Below are positions 1 through 12,700 of a stretch of DNA of 64,000 nucleotides, piece by piece. Numbering within the stretch: position 1 is the first letter of the stretch; the number at the start of each line of letters is the position of its first letter. Position numbers and translations under genes: made by a program. Source of the DNA: Tubiluchus corallicola (taxonomy: Eukaryota; Animalia; Priapulida). The notes beneath the pieces are model-generated. The model made no database searches. It was not told the origin of the DNA and saw nothing but the letters and a program-made list of their open reading frames with translations. The stretch is from NCBI GenBank assembly GCA_030141605.1, contig JAQGDQ010000084.1:186001-250000 (forward strand), given 5' to 3'.

Positions 1-414
1 GTTTTATGTCACACACGATGGCCACGTACATCAGGGACGAACACACGGAGGAGTGTCAGATCACCATTGTTCATTGTAACACAGTCACTAACGACGTGTT
101 CAGACCAGCGAGTATTCTCGCCAAGTTACTCTCACGCGTGTTCAGACTAAAAAGCAAAACTTGATGCGAGTTACTCTCCTACACAAAGCACGAACAGATG
201 CTCCCTTTTCTATTCGGTGTGAAAAATGTCGAGAGTAATTTCCCGATGCGTTCACACTGTACGATAAATCAACTCGCAGCATTTGTTGGAGATTTTGCAA
301 TTTTCTGCAAACAGTAACCTGCAAAACGGTTCACACTTGCCAGTTTGATGTCAGAGAGAAAACTCGCGTGTCTGAACGTGCAATAACAGCAACGTATGAA
401 AATAAAATGAATGT

Positions 415-1510
415 TGGTAGAAATGGCACGCGGAAAATGGCACAAATTAAAAAATAGATAAAAATGGCACAGGAAAAATGTCACAAATGGAAAAGTGGGT
501 AAAATGGCACAAATGAAAAAGTAGATAAAAAATGGCACAGAAAAAATGGTACACTTAGTGAAATGTGTGTTTAGGGCTAGGATTACTGTGGGGTAACTAT
601 TTTGATTATTTTAACCTCTGCCAAGGAAGTTATGATTCAACGCAGTTTGTTTGTTTGTCTGTGTATTTGGTTGTTTTTTGTCTGTTATGGGAGTAACCTT
701 ATCACTAACTAACAAGCAACAGCTTATGGATTTCCATGAAATTTTGCGAAGGGAGGCGGTGGGTATTGAGTTCCAAAATGGAAATCTTTTTGACAGTTTT
801 TTTTTCACAAAACTTGACCAAACACCACCTAAAAAAACATCTGTGAAGCACTTCATGGAGGTCGCAGAGAGATGTTTGGATCTTTTTTGTTGTCCCGCTA
901 CAAGTTAGATCCCAGTTCCATTTCGATAAATTCCCGCTTGAAAAACCGTGTAATGCTGTCTATAACCTTTGCTTATTAATGTGTATAGCCTTGGTATGTA
1001 AATACATACATATCTGTCAGTCTGTTACCATTGACAAAATTAATTAAAAACGGTAGATAAAGACTATGTGGAACATTTGTGCATTACTGATTATAAAGCT
1101 ACTTAATGCACAAATATTTCGTGACACTTTGCTAGTCTATGTAATACCAATACAGATACATTTTTGTATGTTTGCTTGTTTACCTTTGTGTTAATTTTTT
1201 TAATCAAAAGAATCAGATGAAATTAATTTTTTTTAATGAAAAGAATCGTATGAATAGGTTTAGGATTGTTCGGCTTTGGCAGAGATCTGATTCCTACTGA
1301 AATTATAGTTTTATTATAGATATTAATTGCAAAAAAATAACATATGTGCGAGTTTTCTGTTTGTGCCATTTTTACCGTGCCATTTTACCATGTCACTTTT
1401 TCCTGTGCCATTTTTACCATGTCACTTTTTCCTGTGCCATTTTTACCATGTCACTTTTTCCAGTGCCTTTTTTACCATGTTATTTTTTCCTGTGCCATTT
1501 TTACTTTGCA
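415..1510. mobile_element. Composite element: foldback-like arms of AAAAATGGCAC subrepeats around a Helentron/HINE-like core
   Basis: Left arm (aaaatggcac)n, right arm (gtgccatttt)n; core has cctctgccaagg ... ctttggcagag subterminal inverted repeats and (gttt)n; same architecture at 36468-38200. Confidence 0.7.
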
Positions 1511-1902
1511 CCAAACAAAATATCACTCAATGTAAAGTCGATTTTACTAAACAATAACATTTAATGACTGAATCACGTTGAACTGTTCGAGATGAGATTA
1601 AGATCACGATAAATATTTTTCAAATGCAAAAATCGAGATAAAAACAACAACACGCTGAAGTAACTATGACCTCCTACTCTGCAAATAATAAATAATAAAA
1701 AACGTTTTGCTTGTAAATCAAAGCAGAAAACAACACGATAGGCTCCCTGTGAAATTCGGGAAACACGTAAATACAATAGTACATTAACCGGGGTTTCAAT
1801 AACAAAAATGAAACACCCAAAAATTACATAGCTCCAAATTTCAAACCAACTGCTTTAGTTTAGCAAAATAACTTGAAAATGGTTTGCAAATGCTAATCCT
1901 AT

Positions 1903-2292
1903 AAGCATTTTCACGTTTCCAGCGTTTCATGATCATCGTGTAGACGTCATAGGTAAACTGAGCCAGACAACACATTTGTGTACACTTCACAACGCGTCGC
2001 AGCCCATGCTGTCGTAATAGTAACAGTTTTAACAGCTAGCTAGAACTTTACCTAGTTTGCTTTTTCTTGTTCATTAGAAAAATCCTACTAGAAAATCATT
2101 CTGCACACAGACTAATGCACAATTAAGTAAAGTCCACGAAAAACAAGTGAAGTTACTGAACTGATGTGGTAGACGGCTTTGCTTTACTCGCATATCATGT
2201 GACAGTTGTAGTCAAGATGCGTTGTTGTGTTACACTTACCACTTTGACCTACGGCAACTGCACATGCGCACAACGAAACTGTGAAAAGGATT
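1903..2292. mobile_element. MITE family E, possibly PIF/Harbinger; copies near 18650-18981, 35850-36212, 47820-48430, 49660-50025 and 59285-59583
   Basis: AGCC-TTTTCAC...GTGAAAAGGCT-like TIR in a TAA/TTA context; shared core cagctagctagaaccttacctagttc. Confidence 0.65.
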
Positions 2293-3525
2293 ATTAGAAT
2301 TGCAGATTTTGTCACGTGCGAGTACTTATGGTCTTAGTTCAAGTGAGCAGAAAAACTATTACCTTATATTAGCCAGTGCACCTTTTTAATGCTTGTATCA
2401 AAAAATACTAACGTTATGTTCATATGCTCGTCAAATTCAGGTAGTAATCATTAATTAATGCCTAAGCATACAAAAATTCCGGGTCAGCGCTAATACAACA
2501 GCATATTTGCGGTCAAAGTGCAGTAATGTACGCATATCTAAGTAGTTACATAATTCGATAGCACAACGATAATCGGCCCTTAAAACCAAGTAGATTACTG
2601 AGTATAAATATTCAAAATATTACAAAATATAAGCCTTTAAAATACAAGTGTTTCCGAAATGTAGGAAGCACATATAAGACCAGATTTAAGACTATTGTTC
2701 AACAACAATTTCAGGCAATTTGAATGGATAGTTACATGAAATTAAATGATATGTGATTATATATAAATTGTGTGCTACACTCATAACTCGGATTGCCGGA
2801 CAAAAGCGGGGAGACAATGGTCCAAAGTTGCCATTTATTTGTGTTTGCTGATAAATACTAAACTAATATAGTAGGCACCATGTATTAGACTCACAGTAAT
2901 GAACAATCATTAGACCAATTGTCCCAAAACATGTAATATGGGCCACTCCTGTGCAATAGCATATAAAAACAGTCGGCAATTAACTCAAATAACTCCGCAT
3001 AATTGATTCTACGTTCTTGACTATATAACTGATACTGATGAAACCACTCAAACGCGCTGATATACATAGTCATTACATGCTGCTTGGTCACACTGATGTA
3101 ATGATGTAAACAAAGTGATGGCCCACCAAACAGTGGTCAGCTGTACGCGAGGCTCTTCAGCTGTCCAGATTTTGTCCGATCTTTCTGATGTCCCGTAAAA
3201 GCGAAGTCCGGCAGACCTAGATATGAGTGTACATGAAAAAACGCCCCGTCTTTCTGGCTTCACTACATTCTTCACTCGACGAGTTCCATCAGGTCATTTT
3301 CGTAAATAGCTATGGTGGCCATGATGGCTATTCCCGTTCCGATACCCAAGCTTTGGCAGACGAGTTGCAAGCACTTGCTCCAACCATACTGAGTGCCGCA
3401 GATACGTATTTCTGGGAGCTAAAACAAAAGAAATAAGATTGTGTTTATTAGGCGCAGACGATCGTTTCAACAGCAACTGTCATTAGCAATGCCAGAAATC
3501 AAACCAAAGCAAATAACCAGTACAA

Positions 3526-4043
3526 CAGGAATGAGTATGACAAATTGCAAAAAAATCTGAAACAGGTCGGGGGTTTATGTGCCGCGGAGGCCCCCCATGG
3601 GGGTTCAAGGGGGGTAAAGCCTCCTTGGAGCCAGCGACAATTTGCAATTTCGTGACCATAGAGAGCCTCTAAGTGGACTTAAAATATCAATTACCTTGTT
3701 TCATGCATAATTTAAAACACCCAACTATCAACGATACATGATACCTAATTGTCTCAAAAACGCCCAAGTACTGGCCGCTTCTATGCAAAAGTATATAAAA
3801 AAACTGTCTGCAATTGACTCAAATAACTCCTCACAATTGATTCTATTTTATTATACATAGAGATATACACGTGGTTACACTGATGTACGTGATGTAAACA
3901 AAGTGACGGCCTGCCAACTAGCGGTCAGCTTGTGAAATAACGTACTGTGACCGTAAAAATTTTCTCAACAAATTTACGCGATTTACAAAAATGGCACTAC
4001 TGGTCTTCCGAAAACTCGGAATTCCGGAAAATTTTCATCCCTG
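3526..4043 (+). mobile_element. hAT-like MITE family D (CAGGGATGAGAAT TIR)
   Basis: TIRs; flanks cagtacaa/cagtacat; five more copies in the window. Confidence 0.85.
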
Positions 4044-4049
4044 CAGTAC

Positions 4050-4690
4050 ATTTATCACACTACCAACCAAGGCACAAAGTATCATAGAACTGTCTGAATG
4101 CAAGTGAAAATAGCTAAGAATGACATTAATGATGAATTAAAAACTGTTCAGCCAATTCAGAAATTTAAAAGGAAGTACAAAGCAATGATTCTCAACAAGT
4201 ACAGCACTTCCTAATTTTCCACACCTACTGCAGCAGTCATACCACAATCCTGGTACAGATCATGCAAAACAGGCATCATTGATAAATCTTTAGAGCTGAT
4301 GTCAACATAGCACAATCTATTATCAATAGAAGAAAAATAACAGAATGGCGTTACTACTCAAGTACTAATGCATTTCCTACCATTTCCACTAACAGATTTT
4401 TTTGCCATTTCCAGTAACACATCCTTCTACCCTTGCTGTGTGATCTAACCTTTCTCCCAGTTCTTTTTTTTGTTCACTCATCCATTCTTTTTTATCGGGT
4501 TCACATGACAGTGGGCTTATACAAGTCTTTGCTTCTAGCCCACTGCAGTACAATTATTCTTTTATGATAATGATAGTGTATGAAACATAAGAATTTAATA
4601 CAGTATGACATAATAATTTTGATGTCACTGTGTGCTTAATGTCATTATATTGTACTGAATGTGATAATAATAATAAATAAAAAAATAAGA
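4050..4690 (+). mobile_element. 3' fragment of a CR1/L2-group LINE
   Basis: ORF2-end-like NDINDELKTVQPIQKFKRKYKAMILNKY*; 3' hairpin cagtgggct..agcccactg; (taa)n/aataaa tail. Confidence 0.6.
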
Positions 4691-4946
4691 AAGGTTTTAA
4701 AGAAAATGTAAAAAAACTGTAGCTTAGACATAATATTCAAGCAAAGTGTCTTAAGCTCTGTCAGTATCTTCTTCATATACAAGGGAACCTTATTAATAGC
4801 AGGACACGGTATCTTTAAAAAAATCTGGCCTATCATTTAGCAGATTTTTTCACACACATTTTGCACATGCTGTGGAGAATGACCCACCCGGGTGCCATGA
4901 GCACCTGCTACCCCACTGTGTGCAGCACAATATCAATCACTCTTAC

Positions 4947-5134
4947 CATGTCGACAAACGAGATGTAAAGAAAGGTGCCCGCAGTGACGGCGAAGACCCA
5001 CATGCTTGCCGACGTGATGTTCCCCAAGGCGACACCTATCAGCATGCCGAAGAAGCAGAGCACGGACGAGACGAGATTGTAAAACATGGCTTGTTTAATC
5101 GTCATACCGGTTTTAATTAACAACGCAAAGTCGC
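4947..5134 (-). CDS. SLC39A10: ZIP exon: TM6-TM7
   Basis: ggttag|GC...ATG|gtaaga; GDFALLIKTGMTIKQAMFYNLVS...WVFAVTAGTFLYISFVDM. Confidence 0.96.
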
Positions 5135-5789
5135 CTAACCAAAAAAAACACAACAGTTAATTTAACGTAGTAAGTAAATAAATCATTTATACAGATGAGC
5201 AATGTCTACCAGAAAGCAAATTCGAATCGAATTTCAGTATTTGGAACCCAAATCGAATTTGAATTGAGAACAAGTTTTTGAACCACCAGTAAAAATTAGT
5301 CTTACAAAGATCGTGCATATAACTCAATTTTGTTCTGCAGTAAAACCATTAATAATTTGTTTAATTATTGTGCACAGAAATTGCAGGTAGATTAAGCTAA
5401 TTGCACAATGTTTCAGTCGTTTTAATGATAAAAAACGTATGTAGTTGAAGTGCTGGACTATTCGCACCTATAGTTTTAGGTTCAAACTAAAAAAAAAACT
5501 CGTTCGAACTGGAAAGTTCGATGCCTTCCCCTAATTGCATGCCATCTGGCGTAAACAATATGATACGCTGCGCCCCTGTTTCGGGAAATCACTTGTATAT
5601 AAGCGAAGCCAGGTTTTTTTACTAGTTCCTGTTTAGTATAGTACTTCCTTGTTTCACAAAATATGATTGTAGTTTTTTCAACTCAGTAAAATTTATGTTT
5701 GATTTATCGATTTCGAGTTTACTCTTCGCCACCGCCATCTATCAGTAAAAATCAAAGATTTTTTAATGCTAATTTTTTTCTTCCATACT

Positions 5790-6165
5790 CAGTTTTTAAC
5801 TTTACTTACTAACTTTGGTCAAATTACCCTGTTAATAAGACCCCATTTGAAACTACTACATATACAAATCCTAATTAGTTAATAATTGTATTGTTTTGTT
5901 TAGATTTTGATATCCAACTTTATTATTTTTTTGTTTTCAGTTCCATTTGGATAATTTGTATCATTTATACTGTTTTATTATTATTTTTTCTTATTTGTCT
6001 TTGTTATCTGCAGCATCACCGTTAATTTTTAATATACTAATCTATTTATAAAAGAGGGCAGGAGACTAGATGACCCTATTGTCCTTCCCTGCCCTGCTTC
6101 ATGATTATAATTACTTAATATTTAAAATACTTTTGATGTTAAACTAATTGGAGAAAATAAATGTG
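5790..6165 (+). mobile_element. LINE/SINE 3' tail; second copy at about 12775-13175
   Basis: Near-identical copies ending in an agggcagg..cctgccct hairpin and aataaa; the second copy has a (tctatg)n tail. Confidence 0.6.
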
Positions 6166-6572
6166 CTTTCAGCTGAAAATAAAGTGTACATGCACAAGCA
6201 TGTCAAAATTATGAATTCGGACAACGGACCTTGCGATTCACACAGTATTAATGTTTATGACCGGTTCGAAACTGCTGCATCACCTTGTAATGCAAAAATC
6301 AATAAAAACAGGTTCTGTGCTATTGTGCAAGACGCCTATTCAAAATGCATAAAATGGGCAGCCGATGCCGGCTATACTGTATTTGCCATCAGTGTGCATG
6401 CTTCATACATTCTGCTTCCATGGATTGTGCAAAGTTGGATACATATCCGTGCAAATCTATACCAAACAATGGTCAACAATGACACAGAAATTTGATTATA
6501 ATGTTGTATTAAAGTTTAATTTGTAAAGAGCAACGTTATTTATCATAAATCAGCCACTTTGTTTAAAAGCAA

Positions 6573-7055
6573 CAGGGATGAGAACGCATAAGTAGGATAA
6601 CGGGGTTGAGGGGCAAACCCCCTCTGAATCAGCAACAAATTGCAATAATAGAGAGCCTCTAAGTGGACTTAAAATATCAATTACCTTGTCTCGTGCATAA
6701 TTTAAAATACCCAACTATCAAGGATACATGATACATATTGCAAAGCTTCAAAAAATTAACAAATTTTATTTGGCATATATTTTGTTGCCTATATTTCATA
6801 AATTATAAAATTAAACTTGGTTTTATTCAAATTACGCTGTGGTATTTCGGTTGCTTGTGTCTGGAGGCCTCAAAGCTTCACATTTGTCAGCAACGAAGAT
6901 ATGCCGCAGTGCCGTAAAAGACATGCTACAAATCATACAGATTATCAAATAAACGATATTTACGCTTTATTTGCACTATTGTAGCCACTATTTGGACACT
7001 ACCGGTCTTCCAAAAACTCGGAATTCCGCGTATCCGCAGAAAATTCTCATCGCTG
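6573..7055 (+). mobile_element. hAT-like MITE family D, interior partly replaced by another repeat
   Basis: TIRs; TSD aagcaa. Confidence 0.8.
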
Positions 7056-7092
7056 AAGCAAGTTAATGCCTTGAACGATCATTGAAACTCAC

Positions 7093-7173
7093 CCAGTTCA
7101 TGCGGCAGCTCATGACAGAAAACAGCAATGGCAGTGCTTAATCCACCAGCTATGCTATTTACAAATGCTGCAC
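7093..7173 (-). CDS. SLC39A10: ZIP exon: TM5 with HEXPHEXGD signature
   Basis: tttctag|GT...CTGG|gtgagt; [28 protein letters not shown]. Confidence 0.97.
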
Positions 7174-7807
7174 CTAGAAAAAAAATTTGTTTGCAAAACC
7201 TCTTGTTATCTCATTAAACTTATGTGTTTTTTAAAGAACCCTAGCGAGGAGCTAAAGCATCACTCATTCTTGCATTAGCGACTACACTCATAGACCTCGC
7301 TTTTAAGGATATCGGAAGAATTGGACAACATGTCCACTGTCAGCCTCAAGTACACTCTATCTTAAGGAGAAATTCCGCTTAAAAGACTAAATGACCTTCA
7401 TTTCTCCTTGGCTGATTGGTTGTTTTTTTCCTGAAACTCCGTACAGCAGACACTTCTATTTAGGCTGTAGCAAGCAGGCGATGAAAAAAGTAGTGTGTAC
7501 GATCAACGCCAGATTAAGCTACTCAATAGGCTAAGTGGGAGGGTGTGAAAATGGTGTGTTTTTCTTAATTTTATCCAATTAAATCACTTATAAATGTCTA
7601 GACAAATAGCATGAGTGGATAGAAGGGATTCTCCAGAATAGAACGGTACCTAATTTGTAGAAATTTGGTTATGTCTGCGCTCACACAGTAGCAGAAAAGT
7701 CATAGGTCTTAAAAAATCCTATTTTGAATGGTTCGGACTCGAACGAGTAAAAAAAGCTAGCTAGACAAGCAACATTTGCAGCAAAAACAACAAGCAAACA
7801 GGCTTAC

Positions 7808-8043
7808 CAATCGCAATGCCATCGCACAGGTTATGCAGTCCGTCACCCATTATCACCATGACAGCAATCGACGGCATCGAATGTGGACCTTTGTCGCCGC
7901 TAAGGTGGTTGGGACCGTGACTATGGCCGTAGCTAATGCCGTGGCTGTGACCGGACGAATGACCGCGGCCGTATCCGTGGCTGTGACCTGAGGAGCTGTG
8001 GCCATGTTCATGGACATGAGCAGCATCGCCATGATCAAATCTA
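7808..8043 (-). CDS. SLC39A10: ZIP exon: His-rich loop and TM4
   Basis: ttttacag|tag| tandem acceptor ... ATTG|gtaagc; HVHEHGHSSSGHSHG...SIAVMVIMGDGLHNLCDGIAIG. Confidence 0.95.
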
Positions 8044-8116
8044 CTGTAAAAGGAAAAAGCAAAAATGCAATGAAATCAAGTGAGAAACATACCTAAAAAT
8101 CTTCTATGAAACCAGC

Positions 8117-8678
8117 TGCATTTAAAGTACAGGACAAGTGATTTAGCATGTATATAAACGAAAGGATGAGTGATTTAGCATGCATTTAAAGGAAAGGACA
8201 AGTGATTTAGCATGTATTTAAAGGAAAGAAGAAGTGATTCAGCATGCATTTAAAGGAAAAGAAAAGCGATTTAGCATGTATTTAAATGAAAGGACAAGTG
8301 ATTTAGCATGCATTTAAAGGAAAGGACAGGTGATTTAGCATGTATTTAAATGAAAGGACGAGTGATTTAGCATGCATTTAAAGGAGAGGACAGGTGATTT
8401 AGCACGTATTTAAAGGAAAGGACAAGTCATTTAGCATGCATTTAAAGTAGAGGACAAGTGATTTAGCATGTATTTAAAGGAAAGGACAAGTGATTTAGCA
8501 TACATTTAAAGTAGAGGACAAGTGATTTAGCATGCATTTAAAGGAAAGGCCAAGTCATTTAGCATGTATTTAAAGTAAAGGACAAGTGATTTAGCATGCA
8601 TTTAAAGGAAAGGACAAGTCATTTAGCATGTACTTAAAGGGAAGTACAAGTCACTTAGCATGCATGTAAAGGAAAGGA
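8117..8678. repeat. 32-bp minisatellite, about 17 copies
   Basis: tttaaaggaaaggacaagtgatttagcatg(c/t)a. Confidence 0.95.
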
Positions 8679-9359
8679 AATTTAAATTATAAAGAATTTT
8701 AATTCATTTAAATTACAAAGAATTTTCTTTTTCAATTACATAACTTTTTCTCAAACAGTTAGGCATAATGCTAAGTAATATAACTGTGTATGGAAAGTTT
8801 TTTCGGGACATAGTTTAACAATTCCTTTTCTTCTCCTTTGACTTTTTTACAATAAATAGGTTTTAAATTTTCCAAGCTTCAGAAGTCTCGTATCTTTGTT
8901 TGCCAGACCTCGCTTTCACAGATATCGGAAGAATCACACAAATCTGCACCGTTAAAAAGACCCGCCTACTACGGACACAGTCCATTGTTTCACAAGCAGG
9001 CCGCTAGTTGGCGGGCCATCACTTTGTTTACATCATTACAGTGTAACCACGTTTATATCTCTATGTACGAAAATATAGAATCAATTATGCAGAGTTATTT
9101 GTGTCAATTGCCGACAGTTTCGATGTACTTTCCAAAGGAACAAGTACTAGACGTTTTTGAGACAATTAGGCAATTTATTCAGCATTACCACGAGCCTACT
9201 ACATGGCACCTACTGTATTAGCTCAGCATCAGTAAATACGGACAATCGGCAAATTCGGACCGACGTCTCCCCGCTTTTGCCCAGCAAACTGAGGTATGCC
9301 TGTACAACAAAGTCATTTAAAGAAAATTGGAATTAGGCAGCACAGAAGAGAAAACCAAC

Positions 9360-9510
9360 CTCCGATCATTGCTACGATTACGTGACTTCCCATTTGCCAT
9401 TCCAGGGGAAGTCAGTCTGTCTTTGGCCTGTTCTTCTAGTCCATATAGTTTAAGTTCAGTACTTGGACATGGTTTGGTACCTGATCCTTGCAGTTCAAAT
9501 GACCTGTCCT
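9360..9510 (-). CDS. SLC39A10: ZIP exon: cytoplasmic loop
   Basis: tttcttacag|AG...CGGAG|gttggt; open frame QDRSFELQGSGTKPCP...NRSNDR that bridges phase 1 to phase 2 as the flanking exons require. Confidence 0.72.
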
Positions 9511-9543
9511 CTGTAAGAAAAAAATTGTGTTAATTTTTGCTTG

Positions 9544-10000
9544 CAGTGTTCCCTCACTTATCGCGGGTGTTCCGCTCCAGGCTCAGCTATGCACTAAGTA
9601 AATTTCCGCAAAGTAGGGACGCTATACTTATTTAATACTTACACATTTGGGTGGCATCGTAGGGCTGAATAAATTCACTCTCTAATGAAAACTTCGCAAA
9701 TAGCATACAAGAAAACAAATTGCAAGATAACTGAGCCAATCAGCGACTGGGATATAGAGCAACATTCTCTGGTTGGTCACTTTCCATCAATCAACCAATC
9801 GTGTTTTGGGTACAAAAATATCACGTCGGCAACTCAAGCGGGTGCAAGTACTACATTTCATTTTTGGTGTGTATTCATCCGCCGAATAAATACATTATTT
9901 ACTGTAAATGGTAATTTGTTATGATTTATAATATTCTTTGAAAACCAGCAAACAGCGAGTCTCCGCGATAAACGAACCGCGAAGTAGCGAGGGAACACTG
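9544..10000. mobile_element. Tc1/pogo (Tigger)-like MITE
   Basis: CAGTGTTCCCTC...GAGGGAACACTG|TA; relative at 52683-53186. Confidence 0.78.
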
Positions 10001-10507
10001 TACTCTAACAACGTGATAAGATTCGTTGAAACTCCATTAAGTGAAACAATTGGCGGAAAATCTGCTCTAAACTGTCTGGCTTCAATGTTGGCCCTTGTTT
10101 GTTTAGATCGTATGTTTAAACAATATCTTCATGCATGTGTAATCATGAGTTTAGTTTAAGATATGTTAACCCTGTATAGAAAGTGAGAAGTGCGACCTCT
10201 TAACGGTCACCAATTTTATCAGCAGGTATCATAAAAAGCTGGTTCATTTTTTCTGTCAAAATATAGGCATGTACATATATACATATATATCGAACGAGTT
10301 TTTCTTATTTCGAATTCGCTTCGAACCTAAAGTTATAAATTGAATAATTCAACACGTCAGCCACACACTGTCCTTATCATTAAAATGTTTGAAACTTAAT
10401 GCAATTAGTACAACGTAGCTGTGATTTCTCTGCACTATTCTTAAATACATTATTAGTGATGTTACTGCAGAACAAAATTGAATAATATGCATAACCTCTG
10501 TAAGGCT

Positions 10508-10932
10508 TGCTTATCATTGCTTGAATAAACAACTGTCCACTGAGTTACCAAGGATCCTGTCAACTGCGCCAATATTTGTTGTGTTTTGTTTCCCTCGGAA
10601 GGCTCGTAGAGAAAACCAGAAAACACGTCATCAAATTAAACTAGTTTATTAAGCGAGAATTCTACAACACAAAAGTATGAAGGAATGTGAAATGTTTACA
10701 GTAAACGTAAAAATCTGGAAAACGTTTGTGTATTTGAAAATACAAGTATACTAGAGAATGAGTAGGTGGCGTCCTTGTGAATCTGTGTGTGTCTCGCTCA
10801 GCGGCCTGCTTCGCCTTATATAGGAAGCCCGAGAAGCTTCTAGACGTTTCTTTCTAGAACATTCTACACGGTAAGATGATGATTCTACAATGTTCCATTT
10901 AATTCTAATAGATGCCAGCGATCTCCACAACA
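10508..10932 (-). mobile_element. LTR (10577-10932) with tRNA-Ser-type PBS and a short internal stub
   Basis: TGTTGTG...CACAACA ends, TATA-like and AATAAA motifs; on the minus strand followed by TGGCGCAGTTGACAGGAT; flanked by aggct/aggct. Confidence 0.8.
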
Positions 10933-11343
10933 AGGCTGCTTTTTATTGGAGGTTCGAAAATTTGTTTGAAAGTCTCTCAAACATAGTTCGAATTCGAAAT
11001 GCTGAAATTTGGTTCGATTCGATTTCGAAAATCACAAATTAGATTCGTTTCAAATTCGCTTTCTCATAGAAAATACTCAGCCTTAATCAGCACACAACCA
11101 GGATGGACTATCTAACCTTAAAGCCGTTTTGCATTAAAACTCGGAAAAAAACGAATGAAAATGGAAAATTTTCCTATAAGAATGAGTGAATGTTGCGATC
11201 TCCCGATGACGAATGAATTTAAACAATTTGACTGTCGACAAAAACGAGTGTTTGCTGAAATTATGATCTATAGTAGAACTGACCAGTGTTAAAGTAGACG
11301 TTTAATATGACTATGCGATAAACTTTCAATGAAAAAAACTTAC

Positions 11344-11464
11344 GTTCGCAATGATGAATGCTAGAAACTTCTTCTCGCGAAGCGGAGTGATGGTGACACA
11401 GCTTGGAGCCAACTAACTCTGACGTAACGTCATTATCATCACCATCTGTAACTGTCTTCTCTAC
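11344..11464 (-). CDS. SLC39A10: ZIP exon: cytoplasmic loop
   Basis: ttacag|GTA...GAAC|gtaagt; VEKTVTDGDD...VGSKLCHHHSASREE; phases fit neighbouring exons. Confidence 0.8.
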
Positions 11465-12238
11465 CTGTAATGGCATGCACGTGGCATCAAAAACAGAAAA
11501 AAGAAAATTTATCATTAAAGGAAAACCGGACGATTGTGTAAACACGGGTTCAGAATGAAGAATGCTCTAAAATATGGAAAACTACAACAGCATTTTTTAA
11601 ATCAAAGCTTAGTTTTTATAATAATTACCCTGGATATTCAAATTTCGTTAAAGTTTCAAAGCTACGCGCGGCTCAGTGAATCTACTTGTTGTCTTTTTTG
11701 TCAGCGCCTTTTTGTCACATTCGCATGGCCTATACAAATTACTGTATCTATAAGATTAAAAATAAGTTTTTGGCTAGTGAGTGGCGCACCCTGGCGGGTG
11801 AGTCAGTGACATTTTGCCAATTGGCACAATCATTTTAAATTATTATTTCTAGTTACAAAAGTCTTTCCAGCAGGTAAACGAAATGTTTAGTAATACAGAT
11901 TTACATGGAAAGTTTTTTGGGACATAATTTAACATTCCTTTTCTTTCCCTGATTTACGTTTGCGCATATGACCTCGCGTAATGGCGTGGTCGGAACAGTA
12001 TTGTGGGAGATTTAAAATAAAAACATACCAAAAATTCCTTTTGACGGTATTACAATATAAAATTACTGTAAAGTAATATCATTTTTAAGTGATTTTTTGA
12101 AGCCGACTCTTTTCTTTAACAAGCAATTTATTTTCTCAAAATGTGCAGTAAGTTCTGCTTATCAGCTCCCCATTTAGCGACGTTTCGTTTTAACGACTAT
12201 TTTTTTACTCCGTTTAAGTCGAATTGTTATTCTATTAA

Positions 12239-12700
12239 CCCTTTCATACCCGTTGTATCCCGTGGGATACGAGAATATTTTGTGCCTTTAAAATTAATAA
12301 AATTTTAAAACTGACAGTTATTTGATCTGCTAATAGTTATTTTGATTTAAGCCAATAACAATAGACTAAAATGGTGATAAAATGGCAAACTAGAAAATCT
12401 ACATAGCATAAAAAACTGCGCAAGGTACAGTACTTTAGAGATGACTTTGTACAGATCAGCATAGCATGCATACTAAATGTCTTAAATACTTTAAAAAATT
12501 ATCAACAGTTGCAAAATGACACATTTTATGCTTCCATTGAATCCCAATGTACCCGTGGGATACAGGCTATATTTAGCACGCGGGCACAGAAAAAAGTAGA
12601 AAAAAATTATTATTATGTGTAAACAAGATGGACATACTGAACAAAAGTACTGAGCCAAAAAATTCTCTCTTATTAAAAAAATAATTTGGGACTGAAAGGG
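12239..12700. mobile_element. piggyBac-type MITE
   Basis: TTAA|CCCTTT...AAAGGG|TTAA; near-identical copy at 22672-23124. Confidence 0.88.

Noticed and set aside
269-1564. Cys/His/Phe-rich ORFs (LCHFY repeats), also near 36442-36692 and 62881-63087, resembling metal-binding peptides
   Set aside because: Translations of the GTGCCATTTT subrepeats of a transposon.
2690-2720. LPEI on the minus strand as the last ZIP exon
   Set aside because: No AG acceptor, a stop after a few codons and no TM8; the last exon probably lies left of the window.
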